Shown: piece by piece, positions 39,434 through 53,595 of the stretch | Layout: every line of letters starts with the position of its first letter | Numbering within the stretch: the first letter of the stretch is position 1 | Assembly (NCBI RefSeq): GCF_006345805.1 | Contig: NC_042998.1 | Span: forward strand, 2,046,001 to 2,110,000 | Origin: Octopus sinensis | Lineage: Eukaryota | DNA: 64,000 bases | Reading direction: 5' to 3' | Translations under genes and position numbers: made by a program | The notes under the pieces: generated by a model | Databases searched by the model: none | The model's input: only the letters and a program-made list of their open reading frames with translations | Told to the model about the DNA's origin: nothing

Positions 39434-39692
39434 GGAATAATTATCAATTACACCAAGTAGATTTCGGCATGTAAAAGCCTCATTCGAGGAAAATTTAAGT
39501 AATACTAAGCGATTAAGGGTTTAGCAACGAATTGCCTCACCAACACACCGAATTTAGAAATAGCAGTCAAAGAGATATAGCTATTCCTTCTACTAAAAGG
39601 GAGATCTCAGTAAAAACACAGCACTTGAAAGGCAAATACAGACAGGTAAGAAAGAATGAAAAGACGGCAATCTATCATACAATTTTAAGTTA

Positions 39693-39784
39693 CCTACGGA
39701 CGTACGTTTCGAAATCAAGTTTTAGGAAAGCATAAGAATTAGAAAATTCTACCTTACCCAAACTTCTTTTCTCATCGGCGTAGG
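39693..39784 (-). ncRNA. Minimal hammerhead-ribozyme fold, CCGAUGA core
   Basis: CCTACG-CCGATGA-extended helix II-GAA-ACGTACGT-C-CGTAGG. Perfect 6-bp helix I, palindromic helix III, GUC triplet. Confidence 0.6.
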
Positions 39785-39914
39785 ATACTACAATTCTGAA
39801 TAATTGTATATTAAATTTTGAGATACTAGAAGGCATTATCTCAACTCAGTGTCAGAGCGAGCCAAAGCGTGACCAGTACCACGAAATTCAAAGTGTGAAT
39901 GAAAGTTTGTGTCA

Positions 39915-40480
<566 letters not shown>

Positions 40481-40688
40481 GTGAAATAGAAAGATGAATA
40501 ATCTTGTAGTAGATTAATCAAAAGTTTAACCGATACCTTAGTAGCAAAAATCACAGCAGTGAACAGCACGGTTGGAGGTACAACCATCTGGCGTTGCAAC
40601 CGTGCGTTGGTGCGGATAATTGAAATTAAAACATTATTGGTGAATTGAAGAAATGGAGCTGAACGCAGATTGAACAGAAATCGTTTTA

Positions 40689-40777
40689 TTTCATTCTACA
40701 CGTGTTTCGAAAGGCACAAATTACCAAAATCCGATTGAATAATGGGACCATATTGTGTCTTTCTCTTCAGGAAGAAA
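40689..40777 (-). ncRNA. Mirror-image hammerhead fold (left arm of the palindrome)
   Basis: Exact reverse complement of 40878-40966. Confidence 0.7.
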
Positions 40778-40877
40778 AAAGGAAATCCGTTGGAAAAACA
40801 AAAACAGAACAGAGGCAGAACGATTTGTTTTTTGCTCTGCCTCTGTTCTGTTTTTGTTTTTCCAACGGATTTCCTTT

Positions 40878-40966
40878 TTTCTTCCTGAAGAGAAAGACAC
40901 AATATGGTCCCATTATTCAATCGGATTTTGGTAATTTGTGCCTTTCGAAACACGTGTAGAATGAAA
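40878..40966 (+). ncRNA. Minimal hammerhead-ribozyme fold, canonical CUGAAGA core (right arm of the palindrome)
   Basis: TTTCTTC-CTGAAGA(40885-40891)-GAAAGACACAA...TTGTGCCTTTC-GAA-ACACGTGT-A-GAATGAAA. Helix II 10/11 bp, palindromic helix III, GUA triplet, helix I with one bulge. Confidence 0.7.
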
Positions 40967-41024
40967 TAAAACGATTTCTGTTCAATCTGCGTTCAGCTCC
41001 ATTTCTTCAATTCACCAATAATGT

Positions 41025-41533
<509 letters not shown>

Positions 41534-43200
41534 ACTTTGATACTTTGATAGGTTTCGGCCATTATTGGCCCAGGCCATGTCTAACTTAATAGCACCACCT
41601 GGCGAAGTCTTTCAAGTCAGAATTTGGGCACTATGGCCCACTCAAGTAGAGAGTTATTGTTTACAGAGACATATCCGGGTGTAGGGGGTTTATCCGGGAT
41701 TTCTTGAAGGAATCTGTCCAAAGACTTCTTGAACCCTATAGGGTCAGTTTCTGTTTTAATGTCTTTTGGTGTAATGTTAAAGAGAGCGGGGCCAATTGAG
41801 GTGAAATAATTGTGCCGTATTGTTGTTATGAGATGAGAGTGCGATTTTTGTTTTGGGCAGATGGCACGGGGCCCAAGCCTTGGATGTACCCTGAAGGTGA
41901 TGCCAACATCATTTGGGCAATGCTGATGGAATATTTTCCACATCATACAGATGATGTAGCGCTCACGACGACGTTGGAGAGAATAAAGTTTTAGCTTTTC
42001 TAGTCGACCCCAATAGTCGAGGCCTGTCATGCCATCTATCTTTTTTGTGATTGCCCTTTGAGGTGCTTCAACTTTTATGATACCTTGTATTGTGTGGGGA
42101 GACCACAGTGGACAACAGTATTCAAGGTGGGGTCGGGCAAAAGTGGAGAAGAGAAGGATAATGGTGTGGATATCTCTCGACTGGAAAGTTCTGAGAATCC
42201 AGGAACACATTCTGCGGGCCATGTCAACTTTGGTGTTTATATGAGTGGCCCAGCTTATGTTGTTGTCCACAATTACTCCCAAGTCTCTGATGTTGTTGGA
42301 CGCCACGAGAGTTTCTCCTGAAGGAAGGGAGTATGGGAGTTTCAGGGCATCCTCTTTTCCAAAGTGGATTAACTCAAATTTATCCTCGTTCAGCAGCATA
42401 TTGTTTTTTTCTGCCCATTGGATAACAGCCAGTAGATCTGACTGAAGGCATGTCCGGTCACTCGCCTCATTTATGACCTTCTGTAGCTTGGAATCATCTG
42501 CAAAAATTTTTATGTTGCTGTGCTTGATGATGTCATTAATGTCATTAATGTAAATGATGAAAAGAAGTGGGCCCAGCACAGTGCCTTGCGGAACGCCACT
42601 ACTGACTTTGGCTGGGCTTGATTTTACCCCTTCAACTACAACATGTTGAGATCTGTCTGTCAGGAAACACTTGATCCATTTCAGTAACTTTCCAGAGACA
42701 CCAATGTTGGATAGTTTTTTCAATAGGATCTTGTGATTGACCCTGTCGAAGGCCTTACTGAAATCAAGGTAGATGACATCGGTGTTGGAGCCCTCTCCCA
42801 AAGCTCTCAAAATATCATCAAAGTGATGCAGGAGCTGCGTTAGGCATTCCCTTCCATTACGGAACCCATGTTGGTTGGAGATCAGCCGTCTGTTGCTTTC
42901 CAGAAATTGGGTTATTCGAGATCTCACCACCCTCTCAAATACCTTGATGATATGAGAGGTGAGTGAGATCGGATGGTAGTTCACTGCAAGGGACTTGTTT
43001 CCCTTTTTGAAAACTGGGACAGAAGGTTTTTTTGGAATATAGCCAGCATCCAGTGAGTTTCTCCACAGATTAGCAAGGGGAGATGCAAGTTGGTGCTGAC
43101 ACACCTTCAGGACACAAGCAGGGAACCTATCGGGGCCTACTGCTGAATTGTGTTTTATTTCGTTTATCGCCGCTAAGACATCAGTTGGAGTCTGATATAG
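41534..43200 (-). mobile_element. CR1-clade LINE, 5'-truncated copy 2 with a complete RT domain
   Basis: ORF 41617-43104 (the frame stays open upstream through AVGPDRFP) with QHGFR, YLDFSKAFD, GVPQG and FADD. Same 3' end as copy 1. Confidence 0.93.
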
Positions 43201-44633
43201 CCTTGCAGATCACTGAATCCTATCAGACTGTCTAAGCCATATCAGCACTCAGAGTGGACAACAACAACAATAAAATAAATCATTGTTATTATGCAAAAGT
43301 GTCACAAGTCCAAAACGTTGCCTTTTCAGAAAACAAGAAAAAAGTTCCACCATTCCATAGTAAAACTGTTGTACTACACTTTGACAATTTTTGGTTATCT
43401 TGGCTTCTGAAGCAGCAGGAGATATCATTGTTTGACCAAAAGAACCAGCTATTGCAAGCGAAAATAGATATTGAAAAAAAAAAAAAACACATTTGGCCAA
43501 ATTTGGACATATGACAGTTTAACATAATAACAATGAAATGATGATGATATTGATGTTGTTGCACAACCTAATGGAATTGAGTGTCCTGTTCAAATAAAAT
43601 AAATACTTTTTTTAATTTTATTTTCCTTTAATGACTTTTATTCCAGTGAGTAAACTTTATACTCATTTATATAAAGGTAGTTTATTCACATTTTACTGTA
43701 ACTTATTAGAATTTGTTTTACTGGCATTAATAATATATACATATATAGATTCCAAAGTTTACACGAAATTTATGGGTTTCATTGTAGATTAGGATGGAAC
43801 AAGGTTACCAGACTTCATGATCTTCAACACTAACATCAGGAAACCAGCCAACCACCAGATCACCTATCAATCTGATAGGCACATGAGCTAGACTGGCTAT
43901 TTTCTCACCAGAAAATAAGATAGACAGATGATTGTAAAAGTGAAGTCCTTCTTTGGTAAATAATATATAATCCAACATAGGTCAGAGGGTAGTAACTTCA
44001 GATCTACAGCTAGGACTCAGAGGACACATGTTAGTCTGGGAAAGGAGGATATAGAAGCTTCAAGATCCATCAGTCAGAGATTTAGAGTAAATGTAACAGA
44101 AGCATTTGATGGAAAAGAGGAAATATAAACATACAGCATAGAAGACAAGAGGGAGTTTGTAAGGGACAACCAACTGAGAGCTGCAGACAAGATCTGTGGC
44201 TGGTGCTAAGTTACAGAGCACTGTGTTGGTGGAAGAGGGAGGTAGATAGGAGCATAAAAGTGAAGAGACAAGCTTGGAAAGAATGGAGGAATAGGGGAAG
44301 TAGAGAATTATATAAGAAGAGAAGCTAGGTAATAGTTTCTTAGCAGAAATGGCAGCAGTATCCTATCTTCTTCCTTGTAAACCAAAACCTTTGCCCTTGC
44401 TAGATTTACTTGAAGGCTTTTGATTCTAATTTCCATGTCTGGAATGTCTTGAAAACAAGGTCATAAGCAAACAGAAGTTCCCACAAACAGCCAGTTTTAA
44501 ATTTTTCTGTTGTTGCTTAGAAGACTATAATAAAGGGGACTGAGGACTGAGCCCTGATGGCACTATTTTTTCTTTACCACTCTTGCAAAGTTATCATATA
44601 ATGTTCTACAATAAGATTACTAATATGCAATTA

Positions 44634-45030
44634 TCTCTATATATATAAAGCTGAAGTTGTCTGTGTATGGCAGGTTTGGTAGCCTTCAACTAACACTATC
44701 TCCTCTGAGACCCTGTGGTGCAAGTTGACCAAAATTGAGAGTATGATAGAAGAAGGCTTGCTCTTCCTTCCGTAGAAGAAAAATTCAAATCGGACCATGT
44801 TAACACCAAAAATTATTTACATCAACAAGGTGCTTTTTTTCTATGAAAATCCCGATTTTTTACGATTTTTTTACTGCTGTGTCGCCATTTTTCGGTTTAT
44901 TTCAACCAGAAAAATATTCACTTAAAGAGAATAACAAGCTACATAAGGCAAAATTTTTACTTTTCAAAAATTTTGATTCTAAAGGGTCGAAAAGAAAACA
45001 AGCCCGAGCAATGCTGGGCTATACTGCTAG
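44634..45030 (+). mobile_element. Non-autonomous Helitron
   Basis: 5' A|TCTCTATATATATAAA, 3' hairpin AGCCCGAGC-AAT-GCTGGGCT (45001-45020), then CTAG|T. Confidence 0.85.
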
Positions 45031-45362
45031 TATTCTTTAAAGTTCTGTAACAAGATTTCCAATACTGTTCCAAGATTGTCATTTAAAGCTTCTTTTATCA
45101 ACTTTAAATCTGCAGACTCAACCTATTGTGCTTTCTCTTCTTTTATCTTCTTGAAAACAATATTCAATTCAGGATGCTATTTTGCTTGAACTGTTCTTCT
45201 CCAGAAATATATGAGATCAAAAAGGAAAATGAAAGTAATAATATTCACAACTTTTTCTTTTTCAAAGTGGTTAACAACCAGTGCTGCAGAACCTCTAGTA
45301 GAAAAATATAATTTCAAAATCTCCTAGCTCATCTAACTGTATCTAGTTACCATGGGGATTGT

Positions 45363-45741
45363 TGTTGTTGGCACTCCGTCGCTTATGACGACGAGGGTTC
45401 CAGTTGATCCGATCAACGGAACAGCCTGCTTCTGAAATTAACGTGTAAGTGGCTGAACACTCCACAGACACGTGTACTCTTAATGTAGTTCTCATGGATA
45501 TTCAGTATGACACAGAGTGACAAGGCTGGCCCTTTGAAATACAAGTACAACAGAAACAGGAAGTAAGAGTGAAAGTTGAGATGAAAGAGTACAGTAGGGT
45601 TCGCCACCATCCCCTGCCGGAGCCTTGTGGAGCTTTAGGTGTTTTTGCTCAATAAACACTCACAACGCCCGGTCTGGGAATCGAAACTGCGATCCTATGA
45701 CCGCCAGTTTGCTGCCCTAACCACTGGGCCATTGCGCCTCC
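45363..45741 (-). mobile_element. Full-length SINE family A with a 14-bp target-site duplication
   Basis: TSD ACCATGGGGATTGT at 45349-45362 and 45742-45755, with a (CAA)n tail. Confidence 0.92.
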
Positions 45742-45948
45742 ACCATGGGGATTGTACTTTGCTTCAATTGACAATTCTTAAATCATCCAATGGAGAAGAT
45801 GACAAACACAATATAGTTGTGTCTACTAAAGGTAATGAGGTTCATCAGCTGCTGATAGATTTTCTGACAGGAAAGAGTTAAACAATTGACTAAATGTTAC
45901 ATTTGTTCAAGATATATTTTGAGATATAACAATCACAAATTTTTATGC

Positions 45949-45954
45949 TTTATT
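45949..45954 (-). terminator. Candidate MCEE polyadenylation signal
   Basis: AATAAA on the minus strand about 80 nt downstream of the stop codon. Confidence 0.4.
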
Positions 45955-46035
45955 TGCATCACAGTATTTTCTCAATAACCATAACAAAACAAAAGGAATG
46001 TCAATGTCAAATCTATTATTAGTAATTAGTTCACA

Positions 46036-46188
46036 TCAGCATTGTTCAAACTCAAGAAGCACTCCATTACAGTCTTTTGGGTGGACAAATATAACAGGCT
46101 TCCCATGGGCCCCAATTTTAACATCTTCAGAGAGCAACCGGATATTTTTGGAACGTAAGTCTTTCACAGTTTTCTTAATGTCATCAAC
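46036..46188 (-). CDS. MCEE: MCEE exon 6 (VDDIKKTV...GVLLEFEQC*)
   Basis: Acceptor tctccacag, TGA stop at 46038-46036. Confidence 0.95.
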   Translation of the reverse strand, partial: VDDIKKTVKDLRSKNIRLLSEDVKIGAHGKPVIFVHPKDCNGVLLEFEQC

Positions 46189-49100
46189 CTGTGGAGATAA
46201 GGTTTTGGAAAAAAAAAACAAAAAAGAACTTAGTCAGAAATGCCTTTAAAAGTAGTGGCAAGAAAATAGACACAGCTAAAAGAACACAAGTTCAAGTAAC
46301 ATCTGCCAATAGAAGAAAATGAATAGGAAAATATTTTCCATTTCTTAAGATATATTTATGCTAAATGGTAATGAATATCAAGCCATTAAATATTACGTGA
46401 AATCAAGTAGAAATTATCCGTTTTGCTGAATTTTAGAAAATAAATTCAGCTTTCTAAGTTTTCTTTGTTTTAATAAATACCAGGGTAAGTTCAGTGAGTT
46501 GATCTCTGCAAGGGATATAAACTCACATTGAAAGGTAGGTCTAGTGAGATTGCAGAGATGCTTGAACGGAGACATGTTGATGTATGCTGTAAACAAGAGG
46601 TAAGGTGGAGAGGAGCTTCAGCCAAGGTCCTCACAGGTAAGGCACATAGGTATAAAATCTTCTGGGAAGGTAACAGTGGTGGAGTAGGGGGTGTAGGCAT
46701 ACTCTTTGCAGAAAAATGGGTGGATAAGGTCATAGAGGTAGTCAGGGTATGCAACAGAGTGCTTAAGTTCAAGCTAGTCTTGCAGAATAGTATAGCTACA
46801 ATTATCTCTGCCTATGCTCCACAAGCAGGCTTACCAAATGATCGGAAGAACCACTTTTATGATATCCTTCTACACGCTACCTCAAAGACGAGTGGCAATG
46901 ACCTCATCTTTGTGGCTGGAGATTTTAATGGGCATGTTGGATGGCAATGTGGTATCTTCCATGGTGTTCATGGGGGCCATGGAATTGGTTCCTGAAATGA
47001 AGAAGGAACTAGGCTACTGGAGTTCTGTGATGCAAGCAACCTATTAATCTGCAACACCAATTTCAGGAAGCCAGACAGCCACCTGAGAACCTATCAATCA
47101 AGCAACTCTGCTAGCCAGATTGATTTCATCCTCACCAGACAGTGGAATGCATGGTTGCTCTTAAATACAAAGATCCTCTCTGGTGAAGAATGTACCCCTC
47201 AGAATAGACTAGTCATTAGTGACTTTAGACTTGAGTCCAGAAGGATGCCAAGAAGCAGACCAATCCAGAAAGGAAGGATTTGGAAGCTTAAGAACCCTTC
47301 ACATGGTCAGAAATTTAGGGACATCCTCATTGAGAAATTTGATGAGAGGGAGGAAGAGCTACAAACTTATGACAAAGAGAGTAACTGCAAATTCCTACGT
47401 GACAGCTGCAGCTGGTGTAAAGACCCTTCCAGACCTAGGGTAACATGGTGGTGGAATAATATGGTAGACAAGACCATTAGAGCAAAGAAACAGGCCTGGA
47501 AAACCTGGAAGAGTGGAGGTAGCAGAGAACTATACCAGATAGCCAAAAGGGAGACTGGGAGACAGGTATATATAGCCAAGGGAGAAGCACAAAAGAAGTT
47601 TGCCAATGTTCAGCAATGTGAGGACCAAAGAACTGAAGTATTTCGGATTGCAAGACAGTGTGTGAGAGAAAATTGTGATGTTACAGGAAAGAAATGTGTC
47701 CGCATGGATGATGGTGCACTTTCTTTTAATGATTCTACAAAGATAGAGGCTTGGAGATGTCATTATGAAAGGCTGCTGAATGTGGAGAATGAATGGGAGG
47801 AGGAGAGCCTGCCAAATGTTAACCTAGTTGAGGGACCAGCTACCCGAATTGATAGCACCCTGGTAGATAAAGCAATTAAGGATATGAAGTCAGGAACAGC
47901 CCCAGCCCATCAGGAATCACTGTTGAGATGCTTAAAATATCTGGTAGTGTGGGTTATGGTCTAGTCACCTGTACTGTAAATCAGGTAGTTCATGAAGAAG
48001 TCATACCCAATGACTGGCATTGCAGCACCATAGTCAACTGCTACAAAGGAAAAGGTGATGCTTTAGATAGAAATAACTACAGGAGTATCAAACTGCTGGA
48101 TCAGATGATAAAAGTCATGGAGAGGGTCATAGCCCAACTAATTAGGGAGAGAGTCTGCTTAGTTCGGTTTTGTGCCAGGTTGAAGCACTACTGATGCTAT
48201 ATTTCTGGTGAGGCAACTGCAGGAGAAATACCTAGCCAAAGATAAACCCCTATGCTTGGCTTTTGTTGACTGGGAGAAAGCCTTTGACAGGGTCCCCCAA
48301 TCCTTTATCTGGTGGGCAAAGCAGAGACTAGGGATAGACGAGCGGTTAATAAGAGGTGTACAGGCCCTGTAGCGGGGTGCTGTCTGTAAGGTAAGAGTCG
48401 GCAACAAGTATAGTGAAGAATTCTGGATAGAAGTAGGTGTTCACCAAGGACCAGTCTTCAGCACCCTCTTATTCATCATAGTCCTCCAAGCAATAACAGA
48501 GGAGTTCAAGACAGGCTGCCCTTGGGAGCTCCTCTATGCTGATGACCTTGCTCTCATAGCTGAATTACTACCAGAACTAGAGAAGAAATTTCAGGTGTGG
48601 AAGCAATGTTTAAAATCAAAGGGCTTTAGAGTCAATGTTGCAAAAACCAAAGTCCTAGTAAGTAGAAATGTGAACAAATCACAAACCCCTTCAAGTAGAT
48701 GGCCCTGCTCGATCTGCAGAAAAAGTGTAGGTAGAAACTCCATAAGATGTACCCAGTGTAAGCTATGGATGCATAAGACGTGCAGCAACATCAAAGGAAG
48801 GTTAACAGGGATGATAGCGTTTGTGTGCAGCAGATGCACAGGGGCAATAAACACCGAAGATGCTCAGAAAAGAAATTCCATCACATGCCAGGGGAAGAAA
48901 CTAGAAGTAGTTGATAGCTATTTCCATGATGGCATGGCTGAGATGGAGAGCAGAAAGAACAAGTATTCTGCAAATTGTTCCAGCTGGAAGCTTTTCCTTT
49001 TGTTAACTCACCAAATTTTGAGTGAAACAAGTTTTGTAAAACAAAATCAGAAAAATGGAATTATGTGTGTTACCCAAGGACACAAGACAATACTATAGTA

Positions 49101-52100
49101 AATTTTGAACCGATAACTTTGAATCTGTAGGCCAACACTTGAACCTCACAGCCATGGTGTAACTTTATCAATAATACTTATGGAACTATAAGCTTCATGT
49201 AACATTATTTGTGTGAATAATATTCACACAATTAGGGACAGGGAATAATTAACATACTTACCCACATAACTATGAGTAAACAAGCTCTTAAAACCACCAC
49301 CCTTATCAAAATAAACAAAATAAAATACACCAATATGTAAAAAAAAGAAATACCTCAATACAAATGTGATGCATTCCACCATTCTTGTTTTTCTCTAAGA
49401 AGTTACTGATTGGACTCTTCTTCCCTAAAGGATAAAGCAGCTGGAAAGAACAAAAAGTAATGTGAATTATTCTCTCTTTGTTAACGTGAATTAAGAAAGT
49501 TCTGCAGTTTGTTATTTAATCACAGCCTTTTATGTTCTGTATTCAATCTTGCCCTGGTCATTTTAACGTTTCATTTTTCTGTAATCAATAAAATAATATA
49601 ACAACAACACTTTTCCTCAAAATTTGTGGCCAAGTGCATATATTAGAAATCAATTTTATTTAGCATGCTTAGGCTGGTGGATGGAAAATGAAATTTCATA
49701 GTGTATTTTAGTACTAATGTCCATTTACATTCTGAGTTCAAATCCTACCAAAATTGACTTTACTTCTAATCTTTTTGGGAGTTGTTAAAACAAGTAATGA
49801 GGTTTAGTTAATCAACTACATTATGCCTAAGATAGAAATTATTATTTAGGGTAGGACAGGTGTCGCAGTGTTCAGAAGCTTCTTACCCAACAGTTGATGG
49901 CCTGGACAATTTATTGTCCCTGTTATACGCATAAATCCAGTGAACTAGTGAAATCTGTTACCAACAATGTTATGGTTCAAAATGCATGATAAAATATAAG
50001 AAAAAAAAATTCATATACCTCAATTTTAGTTTCCCCAAGTTCTACAAACACAGTTGATACTCCATGCTCTGGCAAATCCTGAAAGATGAAAATTTCATTA
50101 ATGAAACACAATGGGTTAACGCATTGGACCATTGACCATATGGTCAAAAGATCAGATTTTACTATCTTCTACTGTAGCTCCAGCCAACAAAGCTTTGAGA
50201 ACAGATTCAGTAGAAGGAAACTGAAAGAACCTTATTATACATACACATGGGTGTTTAAGGGAGTGAGGTTCATGTGTGTATCCTTGTCTTGACAGCCTGA
50301 CTTCACATAATGATTGTAAACAAGTAACGTTGTTCATTTCCAGTCTTCCATGAAAATACGTAGCTTTGCTCAGAAACAGTGAGCGTTAGCAACAGGAAGG
50401 ATATCTCGTAATAGGAAATCTAACCTTCCTAACGTACGGAGACTTCAAACGACCCCACACCACCATAGCACCACTGATATCTTCATCCTTCTAGCTGTCT
50501 GCTTTCTTATAAATATGACAGAATTCATGTCCAGGCAAACAACATTCGGAACGCAATTCATAATCCCTGTCTCCTTTCCTCTTACCATTTCTCTCATCTT
50601 GTCTTTCACAACTCTGCTCTCTCAAAGCAATACTGATCGACTAAAGCAAATTCATTCATTTTGCTGAATTCAGTATTTTTCGTTTGTAAACTGCAGCAAT
50701 ACGAAAGATTTCACTGCTATTTTTAGCATGCGCTGCTACCATGTAACGGCTTTTCACAAATACCTGTTCTTGGTAGCACAACGTACTACAAATACCAAAC
50801 AAATCGGTTAATGTTTAAAAGTACACATGCATACCAACTCCCAACACTTTTCTTTCTTTCTTTTCCAATGGATTTCTATGTTTTCCATCACAGACATTCC
50901 AATTATGCAAAATTAATATCTTTCATTTTCAATTCTCTGTTCCTACTTCTAACTTTTACGTTTTCACTTCTTTCAAAACAATTCCATAATTCTTCCCAAA
51001 TGCAGGTGCTGAGCAATCTTTTATATTGTTTCAGTCAATTCCTTACATTTTCAATTATTTTCAATTTCTTTCATTAAGAATAGGGGAACAGGGTACTTGA
51101 TACCAAGCAAAAACACTCCCACTTTTTTCCGTTTTCCTTACTGAAATACATGCCAGTACACACATTAAAATTTAACGATACTTTTTTGCTTCTTCCTTAA
51201 TGTGCAGACCTACCAACTTACCTATAACCATTCCTACACTTACATGCAGCATCAACGGCAGCTTCTGCCCAACAAGCACCACTAAACAAAACTAAGCAAT
51301 TCATCCAATGCTCTTTCATTGACCATTTTCCTCAATCCAGTCTATAAGACAGATCAGCCATGCATTGGTAAACAACACCCAAAATTCATGTCCACACAAA
51401 CGACAGCATTCCCAATGCAATTCATAACCACTTTCTCTGTTGCTCTTACCATTTCTCTCACCTTGCCTTTCACAACTGTTTCCATTTTCATTCTAATCTC
51501 ATAACACTGACATCATCTTATTTTACACATTTACCTTTCTACTACCAGTTCTTTATTACCGCAGCAGTTGCAAGTTAGCAACTTATCTACAGTTACATAC
51601 TAATCCTTCAATTAATATTTAATACTTATCAGTGTATCTCACTGCGTTTCATCAGGCTTATTTTAGATCATGGCCTGAAGGAAGAGTTCTTCAATTGGAT
51701 GAAAAACTGCGAAAGCTGCAAGATCATCAGCAAGAAGGGCAAACGAATCATCAGTAGAAACTGACATTGGACGATCACAAAAAGCTGAACGTAAAAGCCA
51801 CTTCAAGAGCATGCCAAATACATCACCAGCGTCAAGTTCGACGAACTGCTGATGCTGTCTCAACTGCTGCTGCACGAGCTGCAGAGAACAATAACGAAAG
51901 CGTTACACGCCTGGTCAGGAATGCCGCCAATATGGCTGCTGCATGAGCTTCCCACACCTTACAACAAAGATATACTATGCTGCAGACTTCCATTCAACAA
52001 AGAGCTAATAGACGAGGGTTTTCAATGCCATGCAGCTCACGATGGTTACTAAGGCTTTCGACTACAAGCCTAAGCTTCATTATGATTGCCATCCAGATAT

Positions 52101-53549
52101 GAACATTGGAGATATGTCCATCACTTGCTCTTTCTGCAATGCTAAGAAGTGGTCAAGAGAAACTCCTGCTATGTGTTGCGCTAATGGAAAAGTTAACCTC
52201 ACTCCACTGCAGGATCCACCACAGCTTTTGAAGTCACTCTACGCAGACACAACTACAGAGTCAAAACATTTCCTCAATAACATCCAGAAGTACAATTGTG
52301 CATTCCAAATGACATCTTTCGGCACTAATGTTGTTCAAGAAGGCAAGTTTATGCCAACTTTCAATGTGCCGGGACAGATTTATCATAGGATAGGATCGCT
52401 CATACCTGCTGAAAATCAAGATCCTCAATTCCTTCAACTGTACTTTGTAGGCAATTTACATGAACAAGCCACCCGACGAAACTCCATTTCTTAAATTTCG
52501 CACCTCTCTTGTTCAATAAACACCAAGTTAAACTTGCAAAGCTGCTTATTTTCTCCTTTTGATTTTTAATGTCTATTTTAGCTGGTTACCAAACTATCAG
52601 TTTGGTCTATGAAGCTAAATAGTTGAATGATCTCCCTTGCAAGAAAGATTATTTATCTTAAGTAGTGTCTTCATAACTTCATCTTAACAAGGCTAGGGAT
52701 AGGGTTCTTCAGATGGATCTCTGGAGTAACATTACTCAACAGGGTCTATAACTTGGAGATCAGGAGTCTCTCCAGGTCAAGTCACTACTTCTGTGCATTG
52801 AGGTCACAGCTCTGGTGCTTTGAACACGTGATTAGAATGGCAGAGGAAAGAATTGCAAGACAAATTCTTCAAACCAAACCAGCCACAGGGGACCTAGGAG
52901 TAAACCAAAAATGAGATAGTTGGATAATATCCATAATCTCAGCTGAGCAATGCTTGGGAATTCACCCAGAAAGTCTAATGGCAACTGTTTCTGATAGGAC
53001 TCTATGGAGGAGGTGTCTAAAGACTTTACCTCCATAACCCTCCCAGGAACAGTGAGCGGGGAGAGGAAGGATGGATGGATTTTAATAAAGAAGAAACAAC
53101 TTACCATTTTACTGCTAACTTTGGCTCCTAAAACATCTTTATAAAGAGCAACGGCTTTGTTTAAATCTGTCACAGCTATTGCAATATGGTTCAGTTTGCC
53201 AATATTCCAATCCTACAAGAATCAATTTTCCAAAATTTGAATATATCAAAAGAAATAACAATAAATATGGCTGAATTACCAATTCAAAGTTGGATGGCAC
53301 AATACCTTCATTTGTGTTGAATTTTTCTGGAAATATCTGTTTGGCACAGTAAAGTTCTGGAAAATAAAAAGAATAAATAACAAATAAAATCAAACATTCA
53401 TACAATTTATATATTAGCACTGGAAATATTTCCATTAGATTTTAATTGTACATCTTTGCAAAAATGAAAAAAGTGAAAATTTTTCATTGACAAAAATATA
53501 AATAAAATAAAATAAAGAGCATACACCATATCTTTGACCACATAAACAC

Positions 53550-53595
<46 letters not shown>

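Larger units (their letters stand above)
40630..41025. repeat. Perfect palindrome (190-bp arms, 16-nt spacer)
   Basis: Arms 40630-40819 and 40836-41025 are exact reverse complements by eye. Spacer is ACGATTTGTTTTTTGC. Confidence 0.95.

Noticed and set aside
39455-39500. Minus-strand CGAATGA-GGC...GCC-GAAA resembling a hammerhead
   Set aside because: The core is degenerate and no helix III or helix I can be built.
40555-40612. GTGAACA followed by a 9-bp hairpin (GCACGGTTG/CAACCGTGC)
   Set aside because: It looks like the G3:C8 core, but no GAAA follows the hairpin.
40696-40959. Pair of near-identical 85-aa ORFs on opposite strands
   Set aside because: They result from the DNA palindrome. 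There is no protein motif, and the conserved signal is RNA structure.
53139-53435. ORF MEIFPVLIYK... and the read-through part of ORF 52832-53173
   Set aside because: These are off-frame or intronic extensions of MCEE exons 2-3.
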